Numbered from the stretch's first letter, positions 20,074-33,016 are shown. The stretch: DNA of 64,000 nt from an uncultured Gammaproteobacteria bacterium (GCA_937924335.1 CALDWW010000066.1:1317-65316), one strand, 5' to 3'. Numbers and translations are program-made. The notes: a model not told the origin generated them from the letters alone.

Positions 20074-21291
20074 ATGGCTGAAACCGTAGCTGCAAAACAG
20101 TCTCCCTTTAACTGGGAAGCCAAGGACGTTCGCGGGACACGGGTCAAGGGCAAGACCATGGCCGCCAATGAGGCCGCTGTCCGCGCCACCCTGCGCCGCC
20201 AGGGCCTGGTGCCAACACGTATCAGGAAGCAGTCCACTCTCTTCCAGACCGCACAAAAGATCACCACTGAGGACATTGCCATCTTCAGCCGCCAATTGGC
20301 GACCATGATGGCAGCCGGTATTCCTCTCGTGCAGGCCTTCGATATCGTCGGTGCAGGCCACGAGAACCGGACCATGCAGAAGCTCATCATGGAGATCAAA
20401 ACGAACATCGAGGGCGGGGCCACCCTGGCCGAATCCCTGGCCAAGCATCCGGTCTATTTCGACGAATTGTTCGTCAACCTGGTACAGGCAGGTGAGCAGT
20501 CCGGCGCCCTCGAGACCCTGCTGGACAAGATTGCCACGTACAAGGAGAAGACAGAGGCGATCAAGAAAAAGATCAAGAAAGCGCTGACCTACCCGACGGC
20601 GGTCATCGCGGTGGCGATCGTCGTGACGGGCATACTGCTGATCTACGTTATCCCTACATTCGAGGCCTTGTTCCAGAGCTTCGGCGCCGATCTGCCAAGC
20701 TTCACGCGGATGGTCGTCGATCTCTCCGTCTTCATACGGGCCAAGGGCTGGGCCATCGTCATCGGGGTCGCCGCAGCGATTACGGCCCTGATCTTCTTCA
20801 AGAAACGCTCGCCCAAGTTCGCGCACTTTCTCGACCGGACCCAGCTAAAGATCCCTATCGTCGGTGAGATCCTGCGCAAGGCGGCCATCGCACGCTACGC
20901 GCGGACGCTGTCGACGATGTTCGCGGCCGGTGTGCCCCTGGTGGAGGCCCTCGAGTCCGTTGCCGGCGCGACCGGCAACATCGTCTACCAGGAAGGCGTC
21001 TTGATGATTCGCGAGGAAGTCGCGACCGGCCAAAGGCTACAGCGCGCCATGGAAGCGACCGATCTGTTCCCCAACATGGTCGTGCAGATGGTGGCGGTTG
21101 GCGAGGAATCCGGTTCCCTGGACGACATGTGCGCCAAGGTTGCCGACTTCTACGAGGCCGAAGTGGACGCGATGGTGGACAACCTCAGCAGTCTGCTGGA
21201 ACCGGCGATCATGGCCATCCTCGGCATACTCGTTGGCGGCCTCGTCGTCGCCATGTACCTCCCGATCTTCAAGCTCGGAGCCGTCATATAA
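20074..21291 (+). CDS. pilC: type IV pilus platform protein PilC
   Basis: GspF-family protein with two repeated domains; FSRQLATMMAAGIPLVQA and ARTLSTMFAAGVPLVEAL. Confidence 0.95.
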   Translation: MAETVAAKQSPFNWEAKDVRGTRVKGKTMAANEAAVRATLRRQGLVPTRIRKQSTLFQTAQKITTEDIAIFSRQLATMMAAGIPLVQAFDIVGAGHENRTMQKLIMEIKTNIEGGATLAESLAKHPVYFDELFVNLVQAGEQSGALETLLDKIATYKEKTEAIKKKIKKALTYPTAVIAVAIVVTGILLIYVIPTFEALFQSFGADLPSFTRMVVDLSVFIRAKGWAIVIGVAAAITALIFFKKRSPKFAHFLDRTQLKIPIVGEILRKAAIARYARTLSTMFAAGVPLVEALESVAGATGNIVYQEGVLMIREEVATGQRLQRAMEATDLFPNMVVQMVAVGEESGSLDDMCAKVADFYEAEVDAMVDNLSSLLEPAIMAILGILVGGLVVAMYLPIFKLGAVI

Positions 21292-21371
21292 GGCAGTACT
21301 GCCGGGGCCGTCTTCGGGTCCGGGCTGGCTCCCGTACGGCGATCGGAACACTGACCTGAGACGGCCATCGC

Positions 21372-22265
21372 GTGGAGCTCCTCGACGTCCTTACCCGAAA
21401 TCAGCCGGTATTCATCGGCCTTGCGTTCGTGCTCGGCCTGATGGTCGGCAGTTTCCTCAACGTCGTCATCTATCGACTGCCAGAGATGCTCGAGCGCAAC
21501 TGGAAAGCCCAATGTGCAGAGCTGACGGGCGGTGATCACGTGCAGCCCACGGATCGCTTCAATCTGATCGTGCCTCGCTCCCGCTGCCCGAAATGTGGTC
21601 ATCAGATCAGCGCCGTGGAGAACATCCCCGTCGTCAGCTATCTGGTTCTGGGTGGCAAGTGCTCCGCCTGCCGGACGGGGATACCTGTGCGCTATCCACT
21701 GGTGGAGATGGCGACTGGCGTGTTGTCTGCAGTCGTGGCATGGCACATGGGCGCGCACATCAGCACCCTGTTCGCGCTGATATTCACCTGGTCGCTGGTC
21801 GCCCTCTCCGGAATCGATCTGGACACCAAGCTGCTGCCCGACGCCATCACAATGCCTTTGCTGTGGCTGGGGCTTCTGGTCAGTCTGAGCACGTTGAGCG
21901 CGAATGGCCAGCCGGTCTTTCCGGCGTTACCAGACGCCGTGATAGGCGCGGCTGCAGGCTACCTGAGCCTCTGGGCCGTCTATCACCTGTTCCGGATCAT
22001 CACTGGCAAGGAAGGCATGGGCTACGGCGACTTCAAGTTGCTGGCGGCCATCGGCGCCTGGCTCGGCTGGCAGTACCTGCCTCTGACTATCGTCCTGTCC
22101 GCGCTTGTCGGCGCCATCCTCGGCGGCCTCGCCCTCGCCATGAGCGGCAAGCGCTCCCAGACTCCGATCCCGTTCGGCCCCTTCCTCGCGGCGGCCGGCT
22201 GGATCAGCCTGTTGTGGGGCGACAGCATCATGGATGCCTATCTAAGTTTCTCCGGCCTGCGCTAG
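21372..22265 (+). CDS. pilD: prepilin peptidase / N-methyltransferase PilD
   Basis: GLMVGSFLNVVIYRLP and the CPKC...CSAC zinc motif, plus the two catalytic Asp contexts (GIDLDT, GYGDFKLL). GTG start. Confidence 0.95.
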   Translation: MELLDVLTRNQPVFIGLAFVLGLMVGSFLNVVIYRLPEMLERNWKAQCAELTGGDHVQPTDRFNLIVPRSRCPKCGHQISAVENIPVVSYLVLGGKCSACRTGIPVRYPLVEMATGVLSAVVAWHMGAHISTLFALIFTWSLVALSGIDLDTKLLPDAITMPLLWLGLLVSLSTLSANGQPVFPALPDAVIGAAAGYLSLWAVYHLFRIITGKEGMGYGDFKLLAAIGAWLGWQYLPLTIVLSALVGAILGGLALAMSGKRSQTPIPFGPFLAAAGWISLLWGDSIMDAYLSFSGLR

Positions 22266-22308
22266 GCGCATGACGAAGACCCGCCATGACCGCCCCCCCC
22301 TCTGCCCG

Positions 22309-22935
22309 ATGCGGGTCGGATTGACCGGCGGCATCGCGTCCGGCAAGTCCACCGTAGCCGCACTGTTTGCAGGTGCCGCGGTGCCGGTTATCGATACGGA
22401 CATCGTAGCCCGGGAAGTCGTGGCCCCCGGATCCACCGGCTTACAGCAGATTATCGGTGTGTTCGGACCATCGATATTGACGGCCGACGGGTCGCTGGAT
22501 CGCGCCGGGCTCAGAGCACGGATCTTTGCTGACGAGGCGGACCGGAAACGCCTGGAGTCGATACTCCACCCACTGATACTCGAAGAGGTCGAGCGGCAGT
22601 CGCGCCGCGCGGGCGGCAGCTATCAGATCCACGTGATTCCGTTGCTGGTCGAATCCGGATTGCAGGACACCCTCGACAGGGTCCTGGTGGTCGACTGCCC
22701 GGAAGATCTGCAACTGTCTAGACTCCTCTCAAGAGATGGGGAAACCGAAGCATCCGCCAAACAGATCCTCGCGTCCCAGACGGACCGCGTCCAGCGGCTG
22801 GCCGTCGCGGATGACGTGATCGTCAATGACCGCAGCGAGGCTGACCTGCGCCCTCTCGTGGCAACCCTCGATGCCTTTTACCGGGATATTGCCGGGAGCG
22901 GCAACTTCTCCGCCCGGGGTCTTCGTTTGCCGTAA
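22309..22935 (+). CDS. coaE: dephospho-CoA kinase
   Basis: MRVGLTGGIASGKST (P-loop). It sits after pilD as in other gammaproteobacteria. An upstream ATG at 22270 is an alternative start. Confidence 0.9.
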   Translation: MRVGLTGGIASGKSTVAALFAGAAVPVIDTDIVAREVVAPGSTGLQQIIGVFGPSILTADGSLDRAGLRARIFADEADRKRLESILHPLILEEVERQSRRAGGSYQIHVIPLLVESGLQDTLDRVLVVDCPEDLQLSRLLSRDGETEASAKQILASQTDRVQRLAVADDVIVNDRSEADLRPLVATLDAFYRDIAGSGNFSARGLRLP

Positions 22936-22961
22936 ACCGACGGCTGTTGGAGAATGTCTCC

Positions 22962-23765
22962 ATGAACGCTCAAGCGGCCGACGCGCCGAGGGTCGACGAG
23001 GCAACAGGAACAGTCACTTACGAGCAACCGCTCGCCGAGCGGATGCGCACCTTCCTGCGCCTTGAGTTCCTTGCCCAGCAGGCCAACCATCATTCCCTCC
23101 AGGCTTCCACCTGGAGCAGCCGGGCTGCCATCGGGAGCCTGCTCGAGATCCTGACCATACTCGGCCGCGGTGACATCCGTGGTGAAGTGCTCAAGGAACT
23201 CGAGCGCCAGGCCGCCCACCTGGCCCCCTATGTGACCCGCCCCGGCGTGGACAAGAGCCGCCTCGAGACGCTGCTGGAACGCGTCTCAGACCTCCGGGTT
23301 CGACTCGCAGAGGTCGGCGCTCACTATGCCCAGCCTTTGAAAGAGTCCGAGTTCCTGAGCGCCATCAAGCATCGCAGCGCCATCCCCGGCGGGACTTGCG
23401 AATTTGACTTGCCCGACTTCAAGCACTGGCTCAGCCTGCCGTACGAGCAGCGTGTGGGGGACTTCCAGCTCTGGTTCAAGGCGATCAAACCCTTGTGTGA
23501 CTCGGTCGCACAGGTGCTTTGGCTGACCCGGGAGTCCGCCAAGGGCCAGCCGCAGGTCGCCAGGCACGGATTGTTCCAGCATGCGCTCGAGAGAGGGACG
23601 CCAGCGCAGTTGCTGAGGGTGACGATGCCGGCGCCCTGCGAGGTCTACCCCGAGATCAGCGGCAGTCAGCATCGCTTCACCATCCGCTTCCTCAACTGGG
23701 TAGGCATCGGGGAGCGGCCGGTGCAGACCGCGGACGACGTCAACTTCGTACTCGCGTGCTGCTGA
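22962..23765 (+). CDS. zapD: cell division protein ZapD (YacF)
   Basis: TYEQPLAERMRTFLRLEFL parallels E. coli ZapD (FEHPLNEKMRTWLRIEFL). The coaE-zapD-yacG synteny is present. GGAG lies 9 nt upstream of the ATG at 22962. Confidence 0.85.
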   Translation: MNAQAADAPRVDEATGTVTYEQPLAERMRTFLRLEFLAQQANHHSLQASTWSSRAAIGSLLEILTILGRGDIRGEVLKELERQAAHLAPYVTRPGVDKSRLETLLERVSDLRVRLAEVGAHYAQPLKESEFLSAIKHRSAIPGGTCEFDLPDFKHWLSLPYEQRVGDFQLWFKAIKPLCDSVAQVLWLTRESAKGQPQVARHGLFQHALERGTPAQLLRVTMPAPCEVYPEISGSQHRFTIRFLNWVGIGERPVQTADDVNFVLACC

Positions 23766-23769
23766 AGGT

Positions 23770-23982
23770 ATGACCGGGCCACGCGACGTCATCACTGTGC
23801 TATGCCCCGCCTGCGGTGAGTCGGTGTGCTGGACAGCGCAGGCCAGCTGGCGGCCATTCTGTAGTGAGCGGTGCCGGATGCTGGACCTGGGCGCATGGTT
23901 TACAGAAGAACGAGGTATTCCGGGGGACGACGGTGCGCAGGGTGAGGAAACCGGGCGGGACCCTGCCCTGATCCAGGACTGA
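23770..23982 (+). CDS. yacG: DNA gyrase inhibitor YacG (zinc finger)
   Basis: CPACGESVCW...RPFCSERCRMLDLGAWF, the four-Cys zinc ribbon typical of YacG. Confidence 0.9.
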   Translation: MTGPRDVITVLCPACGESVCWTAQASWRPFCSERCRMLDLGAWFTEERGIPGDDGAQGEETGRDPALIQD

Positions 23983-24127
23983 GCGGGCCGCGGATCGATC
24001 AGATGTCGCTGCGTTTCATCAAGTGGCTGATCGTCGCACTCATCGCCACGGCGATAGTGATCGCGCTGTCGTATTTCTCTGCTCAGGAGGCGGAAGCTGC
24101 AGAGATTGCCTGCGCTTCCGACCGGAT

Positions 24128-25084
24128 CTACCAGAAGGCAGAAATGCCCGCCACGCCCTGGCCACCCGCCCGCCAGGTCGATTCGAGATGGGCTTGGCTG
24201 ACGCCGCCGAGTGCATAGACCGGCAACGGCTTTCCGGACACGAGTCGCTCGAATCCGTCCCAACCCAGCGTGGGCTCACCGACGTGCGAAGGGGTGGGCA
24301 ACACCGGACCCAGTACGGCGAAGTCAGCTCTTATCCTGATAGCGTCCAGCAGTTCCGCCGCGTTGTGTACCGACACACCCATCAGCGCGGAGTCGGGCAC
24401 CGGACGATGGAGGATGGCGGGCAGGTAGCGGGATGGGACATGAATCCCGGCCGCACCCACCTGGAGTGCTATCTCAACTGCGACCCTGGGCTCACCGTTG
24501 ATCAACAGCGCGCAGTCACTGTTTACACAGACGCCTGCCGCAATGCCGGCGAGATGCTCCAGGTCCGGGCGGGTGCCGCCGGGCACGCGAAGCTGGACCA
24601 GCTTGTGGCCGCGCTGAACAGCCCGGCCGAGCCGGGACCGGAAGTCCTGATCGGATTCGATCGTTCCGGTGATCAGATATCTATCGGGCAACAGAAGGGC
24701 TAACACGACCGGCCGGTCTGCCGGCAGTAGATCATGCTCCGCCAGCCGGTCCGGCATGACCCAGTCCAGCGCCTGGCCCTCGAGGCTCTCGGGCGTCCCA
24801 CTCCACGACTCGACCCGCCAGACATCCAGGTCCACGCAGAAGTCCTCGTAGGCGTGACGGTAGCGGATCAGGGGCCTGGCGTGGCGTGCCTGCACGCCGA
24901 GCTCCTCGATCAGCTCGCGTTGCAACGCTTCGAAAGCCGGCTCATCGGCCATCGACTTGCCGCCGGGAAATTCCCAACGGCCCGCCAGATGCTTGCCCGC
25001 GGGACGCTGGGCGATCAACACCCTGCCATCCCGGTCTGCCAGAACGCCCGCGACTACATGGATGACTCGCCTGGCTTTTTCCAA
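24128..25084 (-). CDS. NUDIX (MutT-like) hydrolase fused to a ThiE/TenI-like domain
   Basis: N-terminal Nudix box GKWEFPGGK-type (GRWEFPGGKSMADEPAFEALQRELIEELG). The C-terminal half is ThiE-like (LVQLR..., AAGIHV, GVSVHN, ADFAVLGPVLPTPSH, PVYALGG). The longest ORF (25159) overlaps secA by 55 nt. The TTG at 25084 (LEKARRVIHVV) is a tentative start. Confidence 0.8.
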   Translation of the reverse strand: MEKARRVIHVVAGVLADRDGRVLIAQRPAGKHLAGRWEFPGGKSMADEPAFEALQRELIEELGVQARHARPLIRYRHAYEDFCVDLDVWRVESWSGTPESLEGQALDWVMPDRLAEHDLLPADRPVVLALLLPDRYLITGTIESDQDFRSRLGRAVQRGHKLVQLRVPGGTRPDLEHLAGIAAGVCVNSDCALLINGEPRVAVEIALQVGAAGIHVPSRYLPAILHRPVPDSALMGVSVHNAAELLDAIRIRADFAVLGPVLPTPSHVGEPTLGWDGFERLVSGKPLPVYALGGVSQAHLESTWRAGGQGVAGISAFW

Positions 25085-25104
25085 GGCTGGTTCCGCCGCG
25101 GGCT

Positions 25105-27828
<2,724 letters not shown>

Positions 27829-27927
27829 TTATGCTCCTTGTTCATGCTCCCCCAGGGAGCCAGCCCGCAAGCGCAGGCTCGACCGGCGCACGGCAAGCCG
27901 ACTATTTTACGATCATCCGGGGATGCA

Positions 27928-27948
27928 CGGAACCGGCAAACGGTTCCG
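27928..27948 (-). other. stem-loop between the M23 peptidase gene and secA
   Basis: CGGAACCG-(5 nt)-CGGTTCCG forms a perfect 8-bp stem about 10 nt after the M23 gene stop. There is no U-tract, so it is not a canonical terminator. Confidence 0.3.
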
Positions 27949-27958
27949 GCTGAAAATC

Positions 27959-28867
27959 TCAGCGCTGGACGAACTTCAGCGGATTGACCCGCCGGCCTTC
28001 CTTGAGGACTTCGAAGTGCACGTGTGGACCAGTCGCGCGTCCCGAGCGACCCATGAGGGCGATCTTCTGGCCCTTCTTGACCGTCTCGCCGACCTCGACC
28101 AGGTTCGCCTGGTTGTGGGCGTAACGAGTCACGAGACCGTTCCCGTGGCTGACCTCCACCAACGTGCCGTAGCCCTGCCGCTCGCCGGACCAGGTGACGA
28201 CGCCCGCAGCGACCGCAAGCACATCGGAGCCCTCGTTGCCGGCGAAATCGATGCCACCGTGAAAACGCTTCTTGCCCGAGAACGGATCTGATCGCTTACC
28301 GTAATAAGAAGACAACCAACCGGAAGCGACCGGGCGACCCTCAGGCCGCTGTTCCTCACTCACACGTCGGTTGGTCAGCAGCTGTTCCAGCACCGACATC
28401 TGATCTGAGCGATCATCGATACGCAGAGCCAGGCTGTCGAGCATTCCCGCGATCTCGCCGGACTTGGCAGATGCGCCCAGATCCCCGGTGTCCGGACCAC
28501 CGCGAGCCGGTGGTTCGTCGAAATTGAATTCCCCGTCATCCATGTCCGCCATGGAGACGAGGCGCCGCCCCAGGGCGTCGATGCGCAAGATGTGTGCATT
28601 GAGTTGGCCGATGCGGGCCGTCAGAGCATCAAGCTGCTCCTGTGACTCGCGGCTCGCGGAGGCAAACTGCTCATCCTGGGTAGCGATCCGGTCCTCCAAC
28701 TCCTGGACGACTGACGGTGCGGCTCCATCAAGCGTCACGGAGGCCAGCAGATAGCCGCCGGCAAAGACAATAGAAGATACCAGTGCCAGAGCCAGCATCG
28801 GCACCGGACGCAACAGGCTTATCCGCCGGGCATCGCCACGCCGGCGGGAATAAATGATCAGATTCAT
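27959..28867 (-). CDS. M23 family metallopeptidase (murein endopeptidase / EnvC-like)
   Basis: N-terminal TM segment, a coiled-coil-like middle region, and a C-terminal LytM domain (HGGIDFAG, GYGTLVEVSHGNG, TGPHVHFEV). The start is taken at the ATG at 28867 (MNLIIYSRRRG). Confidence 0.85.
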   Translation of the reverse strand: MNLIIYSRRRGDARRISLLRPVPMLALALVSSIVFAGGYLLASVTLDGAAPSVVQELEDRIATQDEQFASASRESQEQLDALTARIGQLNAHILRIDALGRRLVSMADMDDGEFNFDEPPARGGPDTGDLGASAKSGEIAGMLDSLALRIDDRSDQMSVLEQLLTNRRVSEEQRPEGRPVASGWLSSYYGKRSDPFSGKKRFHGGIDFAGNEGSDVLAVAAGVVTWSGERQGYGTLVEVSHGNGLVTRYAHNQANLVEVGETVKKGQKIALMGRSGRATGPHVHFEVLKEGRRVNPLKFVQR

Positions 28868-29152
28868 GGTGTCGACCCTGTTTCTCGCGGGGGAAGGCAA
28901 TTCTCCCGCATACCGCGAGCTTCCGATTCGGGCATGCGCTCCGGCCGGACTCCCCAACTGGCCCCCTGGATGAAAGGGTATGACTTATATCGCTCTGTTT
29001 TCATGTGCTGGTAACCCCGCTGCCCTAGGCGTAGAAACCCTTAGACCGGAAGCTTTGCGTCACCACCTTTCAGTGGTTTTGCCATTTTCAGTCCGGCACA
29101 ATATGCCGAAAATCCATCGCCAACTCAAGGGCGTGAGTAGCACCTTTTCGAC

Positions 29153-29458
29153 ATGGCTCGCGGCAAACCCAGACTTATCAAGGACCTGCTCGCCGATCGC
29201 GGCGGACTGGCCGGTATCGTCGACCGTGCCGCAGCAACGGACAGGCTCTCGCGCCGCGTTCAATCGGCGCTCCCCGGAGAGATCTCGACCCACATCCTGG
29301 GCGCTAACATCAGCGGTGACAGCCTTGTGGTTATCGTCGATGGGGCCGCCTGGGCGGCCAGAGTGCGGTTCGAATCGAGGACGATCCGTCGCGTGTTGTC
29401 CGACACTCAGGAAATTGATGTCGCGCGAGTGATCGTGCGGGTGCGCCCGCCGATCTGA
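29153..29458 (+). CDS. DUF721-domain protein (DciA-like)
   Basis: About 100 aa; the pattern ...LPGEISTHILGANISGDSLVVIVDGAAWAARVRFESRTIRRVL... matches the DUF721 pattern as I recall it. It is divergent from lpxC, as in pseudomonads. Confidence 0.7.
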   Translation: MARGKPRLIKDLLADRGGLAGIVDRAAATDRLSRRVQSALPGEISTHILGANISGDSLVVIVDGAAWAARVRFESRTIRRVLSDTQEIDVARVIVRVRPPI

Positions 29459-29465
29459 GCCCGCG

Positions 29466-30374
29466 TCACGCCATCACGGGTGCCGCAAAAGAAATCGGCG
29501 CGTCGGCCACATCCGCGAAGGTGACCTCTTCCCATGCATCCTGGCGCTCCAGCAGTTCCCGGAGCAGCAGGTTGTTCAGTCCATGGCCGGACTTGAAGCC
29601 GCTGAACTCACCTATGAGGCTGTGCCCGAGCAGGTATAGATCGCCGATAGCGTCGAGGATCTTGTGACGCACGAACTCGTTCTCGTACCTCAAGCCGTCC
29701 TCGTTAAGTACACGGTAGTCGTCCAGCACGATCGCATTGTCCATGCTGCCTCCCATGATCAGGTTGCGCCCCCGCAGCGTCTCCAGGTCTCGCATGAACC
29801 CGAATGTCCTGGCCCGGGAAACTTCCCTTAGAAACGACGTGGACGAGAAATCCATTGACGCACGTCGCAGGTGGCGCTTGAAGATGGGATGATCGAACTC
29901 GATCTCGAAGTTGACCTTGAAGCCGTCGAAAGGATCGAAGCGTGCCCACTTGTCGCCGTCCCTGACCTCTACCGACCGGAGGATACGGATAAAACGCTTC
30001 GGCACGTTCTGCTCTTCGATACCAGCTGACTGGATCAGGAACACGAAGGGCGCCGCGCTGCCATCCATTATCGGCACTTCGGTAGCACTCAGTTCGACAA
30101 AAGCATTGTCGATCCCGAGCCCGGCGAATGCGGACAGCAGATGTTCGACGGTCGCCACCCGGACGCCATCGTGCACGAGCGTTGTGCCCAGGGTCGTCTC
30201 ACCGACCTTGCGCGCGTCGGCATCAACCTGGACGTCGGGTTCGATGTCGCTACGCCGGAACACGACACCCGTATTGGCTGGCGCAGGACGGAGGGTCATC
30301 AAGACCTTCTCGCCCGTGTGCAAGCCCACACCTGTCGCCCGAATCGGGTTCTTCAGCGTTCGTTGTCTGACCAT
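29466..30374 (-). CDS. lpxC: UDP-3-O-acyl-GlcNAc deacetylase
   Basis: [24 protein letters not shown]..., TVEHLLSA and [14 protein letters not shown]. Confidence 0.97.
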   Translation of the reverse strand: MVRQRTLKNPIRATGVGLHTGEKVLMTLRPAPANTGVVFRRSDIEPDVQVDADARKVGETTLGTTLVHDGVRVATVEHLLSAFAGLGIDNAFVELSATEVPIMDGSAAPFVFLIQSAGIEEQNVPKRFIRILRSVEVRDGDKWARFDPFDGFKVNFEIEFDHPIFKRHLRRASMDFSSTSFLREVSRARTFGFMRDLETLRGRNLIMGGSMDNAIVLDDYRVLNEDGLRYENEFVRHKILDAIGDLYLLGHSLIGEFSGFKSGHGLNNLLLRELLERQDAWEEVTFADVADAPISFAAPVMA

Positions 30375-30590
30375 GTCTGCTGGCCCTGGCGATCCTGCAT
30401 AGCGGTCGCGCCAGTCGTTCCGATCACGATCGATCGGCGACCAGGCGCCGGTTTCTTCTAAGGATGCGCCCGTCGGGCCTGTCCCCTCCCGTGCGGATTT
30501 TCACCTATCGATCAGCGGGATACAAATCCCGCGACCGGCGAGTTGGCAAGCGGTGAAGATTAACACAATTTGGTGCACTGCACCATTTTG

Positions 30591-31736
30591 TTAATCCGCC
30601 TGCCGCCTGAGAAACGCCGGGATGTCCAGTAGCTCTTCCTGAGCAGCCGGCTCCGGTGAGAAGTCTTCGCCCACCGCTCGCTTGCGACGCACCGCAGGCT
30701 GATCCAGCGACTCCCAGTCCGGCGGCGTCGTCGGCCCACGCCGGACCACGCGTACCTCCGGCTGCTTCTGCACAGCGACTGCGCGCCCGAGGCCGGTGGC
30801 CACGACGGTGACCCGCATGTCTCCGCCCATCTCCGGATCGATGACCGTGCCGACCACGACAGTCGCGTCGTCGCAGGCAAAGTCCTTGACGACGGAGCCG
30901 ACGGTATCGAATTCGCCGATTGACAGGTCCATGCCAGCGGTCACGTTGACCAGCACCCCGTTGGCGCCTGACAGGTCGATGTCGTCCAGCAGAGGTGAGG
31001 ACACTGCGCACTCCGCCGCTTCCCTGGCTCTCTCTTCACCGGTCGCTTCCCCGGTACCCATCATCGCCATGCCCATCTCGGACATCACCGTCCGGACATC
31101 GGCGAAATCAACATTGATCAGACCGGGCCGGGTGATCAGTTCCGCGATGCCCTGCACCGCCCCCTGTAGCACCTGGTTGGCGGCACCGAACGCATCCAGA
31201 AGCGTGGTGTCGGCGCCAAGCACCGAGAGAAGCTTCTGGTTGGGGATCGTGATCAGCGAGTCCACATACTTGCTCAGCTCGGAGATTCCCTGCTCTGCCA
31301 CGGCCAGTCGGCGCGGACCTTCCATGTCGAACGGCTTGGTGACCACGGCGACCGTCAGGATGCCGAGTTCCTTGGCGACCTGGGCGACCACCGGGGCCGC
31401 GCCCGTGCCGGTGCCGCCTCCCATGCCACCGGTGATAAACAGCATGTCCGTGCCTTCGATGACCTCCTGGATCCGATCACGATCCTCCATGGCCGCCTGA
31501 CGGCCGATCTCGGGATTGGCACCGGCACCGAGACCCTTGGTGATGTTGCAGCCCATCTGCAGCGACGTCTTGACCGACGTCTTCTTCAGGGCCTGGGCGT
31601 CGGTGTTCGCGCAGATAAAGTCCACGCCATCAATCCCGGACGCGAGCATGTGCGCGACGGCATTGCCGCCGCCACCCCCGACGCCCAACACCTTGATGAC
31701 GGCGTTTTGGCTAAAAGAGTCCATTAGTTCGAACAT
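30591..31736 (-). CDS. ftsZ: cell division GTPase FtsZ
   Basis: MFELMD...[14 protein letters not shown] and [11 protein letters not shown] (tubulin signature), with a C-terminal [11 protein letters not shown] peptide. ATG at 31736. Confidence 0.98.
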   Translation of the reverse strand: MFELMDSFSQNAVIKVLGVGGGGGNAVAHMLASGIDGVDFICANTDAQALKKTSVKTSLQMGCNITKGLGAGANPEIGRQAAMEDRDRIQEVIEGTDMLFITGGMGGGTGTGAAPVVAQVAKELGILTVAVVTKPFDMEGPRRLAVAEQGISELSKYVDSLITIPNQKLLSVLGADTTLLDAFGAANQVLQGAVQGIAELITRPGLINVDFADVRTVMSEMGMAMMGTGEATGEERAREAAECAVSSPLLDDIDLSGANGVLVNVTAGMDLSIGEFDTVGSVVKDFACDDATVVVGTVIDPEMGGDMRVTVVATGLGRAVAVQKQPEVRVVRRGPTTPPDWESLDQPAVRRKRAVGEDFSPEPAAQEELLDIPAFLRRQAD

Positions 31737-31780
31737 TGCTGTCTCCCCTCGTCTGTTTGCGAGCAGTTGTGGTTGCGGTA

Positions 31781-33016
31781 TCAAAAATTCCCCTGAAACC
31801 AGGCCTTCATCCGGTCCAGGACTTCTCTCAGTCCCCCGCTCATGGGGGCCTCGGTTGCACGACGGGCCTGATCCTCTCTGCCGTAGAGCAGGAGGCCCAC
31901 GCCTGTCGCATGAATGGGGTTACGGACGACGTCGACGAGCCCGCTGACGTGTTGCGGCATACCCAGGCGGACCGGCAGGTGGAACACCTCCTCGGCCAGC
32001 TCAACGGCACCCTCCATCTTCGAGCTGCCGCCGGTGATCACGACTCCGGCGGCCACGAGTTCCTCGAACCCGCTGCGAGCCAGTTCGTCCCGCACCAGGC
32101 CGAACAGCTCCTCGTAACGCGGTTCTACTATCTCGGCCAGCGTCTGGCGGGCGAGCCGGCGGGGTGGGCGGTCGCCCACGCTGGGCACCTCGATGGTCTC
32201 ATCGGGGTTGGCCAGCTGTGACAAGGCACATGCGTACTTGATCTTGATCTCCTCGGCGTACTGAGTCGGCGTCCGCATGGAGATGGCGATGTCATTGGTA
32301 ACCTGGTCGCCTGCGATAGGGATGACCGAGGTGTGGCGGATCGCCCCGCCACCGAACACTGCGATGTCCGTGGTGCCACCGCCGATATCCACGATGCAGA
32401 CGCCGAGTTCTTTCTCGTCCTCCGTGAGGACGGAGTAATTCGACGCCAGCTGCTCCAGGACGATGTCCTCGACCTGCAGGCCGCAACGCTGGACACACTT
32501 GACGATGTTCTGTGCGGCTGATTCGGCGCCGATGACCATATGGACCTTGGCCTCCAGACGGACGCCCGACATGCCGATGGGCTCTCTTATCCCGTCCTGC
32601 TGGTCGATCAGGAATTCCTGAGGCAGGATGTGGATGATTTTCTGATCCGCTGGTATCGCCACGGCCCGAGCGGCATCGATCACGCGATCGACATCGTCGG
32701 CCTTCACCTCTTTGTCGCTAATCGCCACGATCCCGTGGGAATTCAGGCTGCGGACGTGGCTGCCGGCGATTCCGGTGTAGACGCTGTTGATCTCGCAACC
32801 CGCCATGAGTTCTGCTTCTTCCACGGCACGCTGGATCGAGGCGACAGTCGACTCGATATTCACCACCACGCCTTTCTTCAGGCCGCGTGACGGATGGCTG
32901 CCGATACCGATGACTTCGATCTCACCGTCGTCTCGCACCTCCCCGACGATAGCGACTACCTTTGAGGTGCCGATATCGAGGCCGACGATGAGGTTCTTGG
33001 TTGGTCGCCTAGACAT
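31781..33016 (-). CDS. ftsA: cell division protein FtsA
   Basis: [18 protein letters not shown] and [12 protein letters not shown] (actin-like ATPase). ATG at 33016 (MSRRPTKN). Confidence 0.97.
   Translation of the reverse strand: MSRRPTKNLIVGLDIGTSKVVAIVGEVRDDGEIEVIGIGSHPSRGLKKGVVVNIESTVASIQRAVEEAELMAGCEINSVYTGIAGSHVRSLNSHGIVAISDKEVKADDVDRVIDAARAVAIPADQKIIHILPQEFLIDQQDGIREPIGMSGVRLEAKVHMVIGAESAAQNIVKCVQRCGLQVEDIVLEQLASNYSVLTEDEKELGVCIVDIGGGTTDIAVFGGGAIRHTSVIPIAGDQVTNDIAISMRTPTQYAEEIKIKYACALSQLANPDETIEVPSVGDRPPRRLARQTLAEIVEPRYEELFGLVRDELARSGFEELVAAGVVITGGSSKMEGAVELAEEVFHLPVRLGMPQHVSGLVDVVRNPIHATGVGLLLYGREDQARRATEAPMSGGLREVLDRMKAWFQGNF

Noticed and set aside
23286-24263. 325-aa minus-strand ORF, and the 24023..24703 plus-strand 226-aa ORF.
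   Set aside because: They lie antisense to zapD/yacG and to the mutT-like gene respectively, with an R/P/G-rich composition.
30505-30600. Imperfect palindrome (ttaacacaatttGGTGCAcTGCACCattttgttaa) right after the ftsZ stop, considered as a terminator or protein-binding site.
   Set aside because: Only a 6-bp perfect core with mismatched flanks and no U-tract. lpxC must be transcribed across or just beyond it, so there is insufficient evidence for a defined element.
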